From positions 94,984,001-95,048,000 of the forward strand of contig NC_042998.1 of the NCBI RefSeq assembly GCF_006345805.1: a stretch of 64,000 bases of DNA, written 5' to 3'. The DNA is from Octopus sinensis. Taxonomy: Eukaryota. Under the pieces are notes generated by a model that made no database searches, was not told where the DNA came from, and worked only from the letters and a program-made list of their open reading frames with translations. Shown here piece after piece: positions 63,457-64,000 of the stretch. Made by a program: the position numbers and the translations under genes. How positions within the stretch are numbered: position 1 is the first letter of the stretch; the number at the start of each line of letters is the position of its first letter.

Positions 63457-63513
63457 AGAGGTACTGAATTCCAACAATACTTTATCAAAGTATTGTTGGA
63501 ATTCAGTACCTCT
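63457..63513. repeat. Perfect 27-bp hairpin with 3-nt loop
   Basis: AGAGGTACTGAATTCCAACAATACTTT-ATC-AAAGTATTGTTGGAATTCAGTACCTCT. Confidence 0.95.
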
Positions 63514-64000
63514 CATTATTTCACCATTATTTTGAACGCATTTACATTTGAATGCATTACAGCTGCAGTTATCCTTCCATAAGGAAGGGAGAGCATCTCA
63601 GATAATAATCGGTGATAAACCTTAAGAATAGTTTTAATAAAAAATCTTTATATAACTCAACTGTACCTTTTATACAGAACTGTTAGAGTGTTAAAATTCT
63701 TATAGATATGCAAGAAATATTCTTGAATTTTGAATTAAATCAATAATTGTTGATTTACAAAGAAGTTATTTCCCTTAGATTTTGTTCCCTCTTCCTGCTT
63801 AATACTTTAATAGGATTGTTAATGGAATTATTATATTATCACTCCATTTAAGACTGATTAAAGTATTAATTATCATTTAAAAGAGAACAGTAACAACAAC
63901 AATAATCTCCTACCCCTGTCCCCTGCAATACTAAACTAAGATGTAGACTAGTTATGTACTGGTATCAATTTATAAGTCAATAATTGTTTGTATTTTGGCA

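Overview
This is AT-rich, repeat-dense eukaryotic DNA, almost certainly a coleoid cephalopod and very likely Octopus. That inference rests on the RTE LINE with (GAT)n tails, tRNA-derived SINEs resembling the octopus OK/OR1/OR2 families (names from memory, tentative) and the very dense TA/CA/AAT microsatellites. I could not confidently identify any host protein-coding gene, rRNA, tRNA or CRISPR array; only low-confidence splice-site candidates exist. The window is mostly transposon relics. These are a 5'-truncated RTE LINE (39089-42143; RT plus a C4HC3 PHD-type finger; tandem hairpin repeats in the 3' UTR) with about 20 shorter RTE fragments, a CR1/L2-group relic, an R4/Dong 3' end, two mariners, a full-length DD36E Tc1-like element, two Penelope GIY-YIG relics placed head to head, several MITEs and many SINEs. 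The most striking signal is a perfect 70-bp-arm palindrome at 1508-1652 that encodes a complete minimal type I hammerhead ribozyme on each strand. Other notable items are a solo-LTR-like insert rich in NRF1/ETS/YY1 motifs just upstream of a mariner ATG, an unclassified ~540-bp repeat found only inside (AAT)n tracts, a GC-rich chimeric element ending in an RTE tail, and two more fold-back structures. Boundaries of degenerate repeats are approximate (tens of bp).
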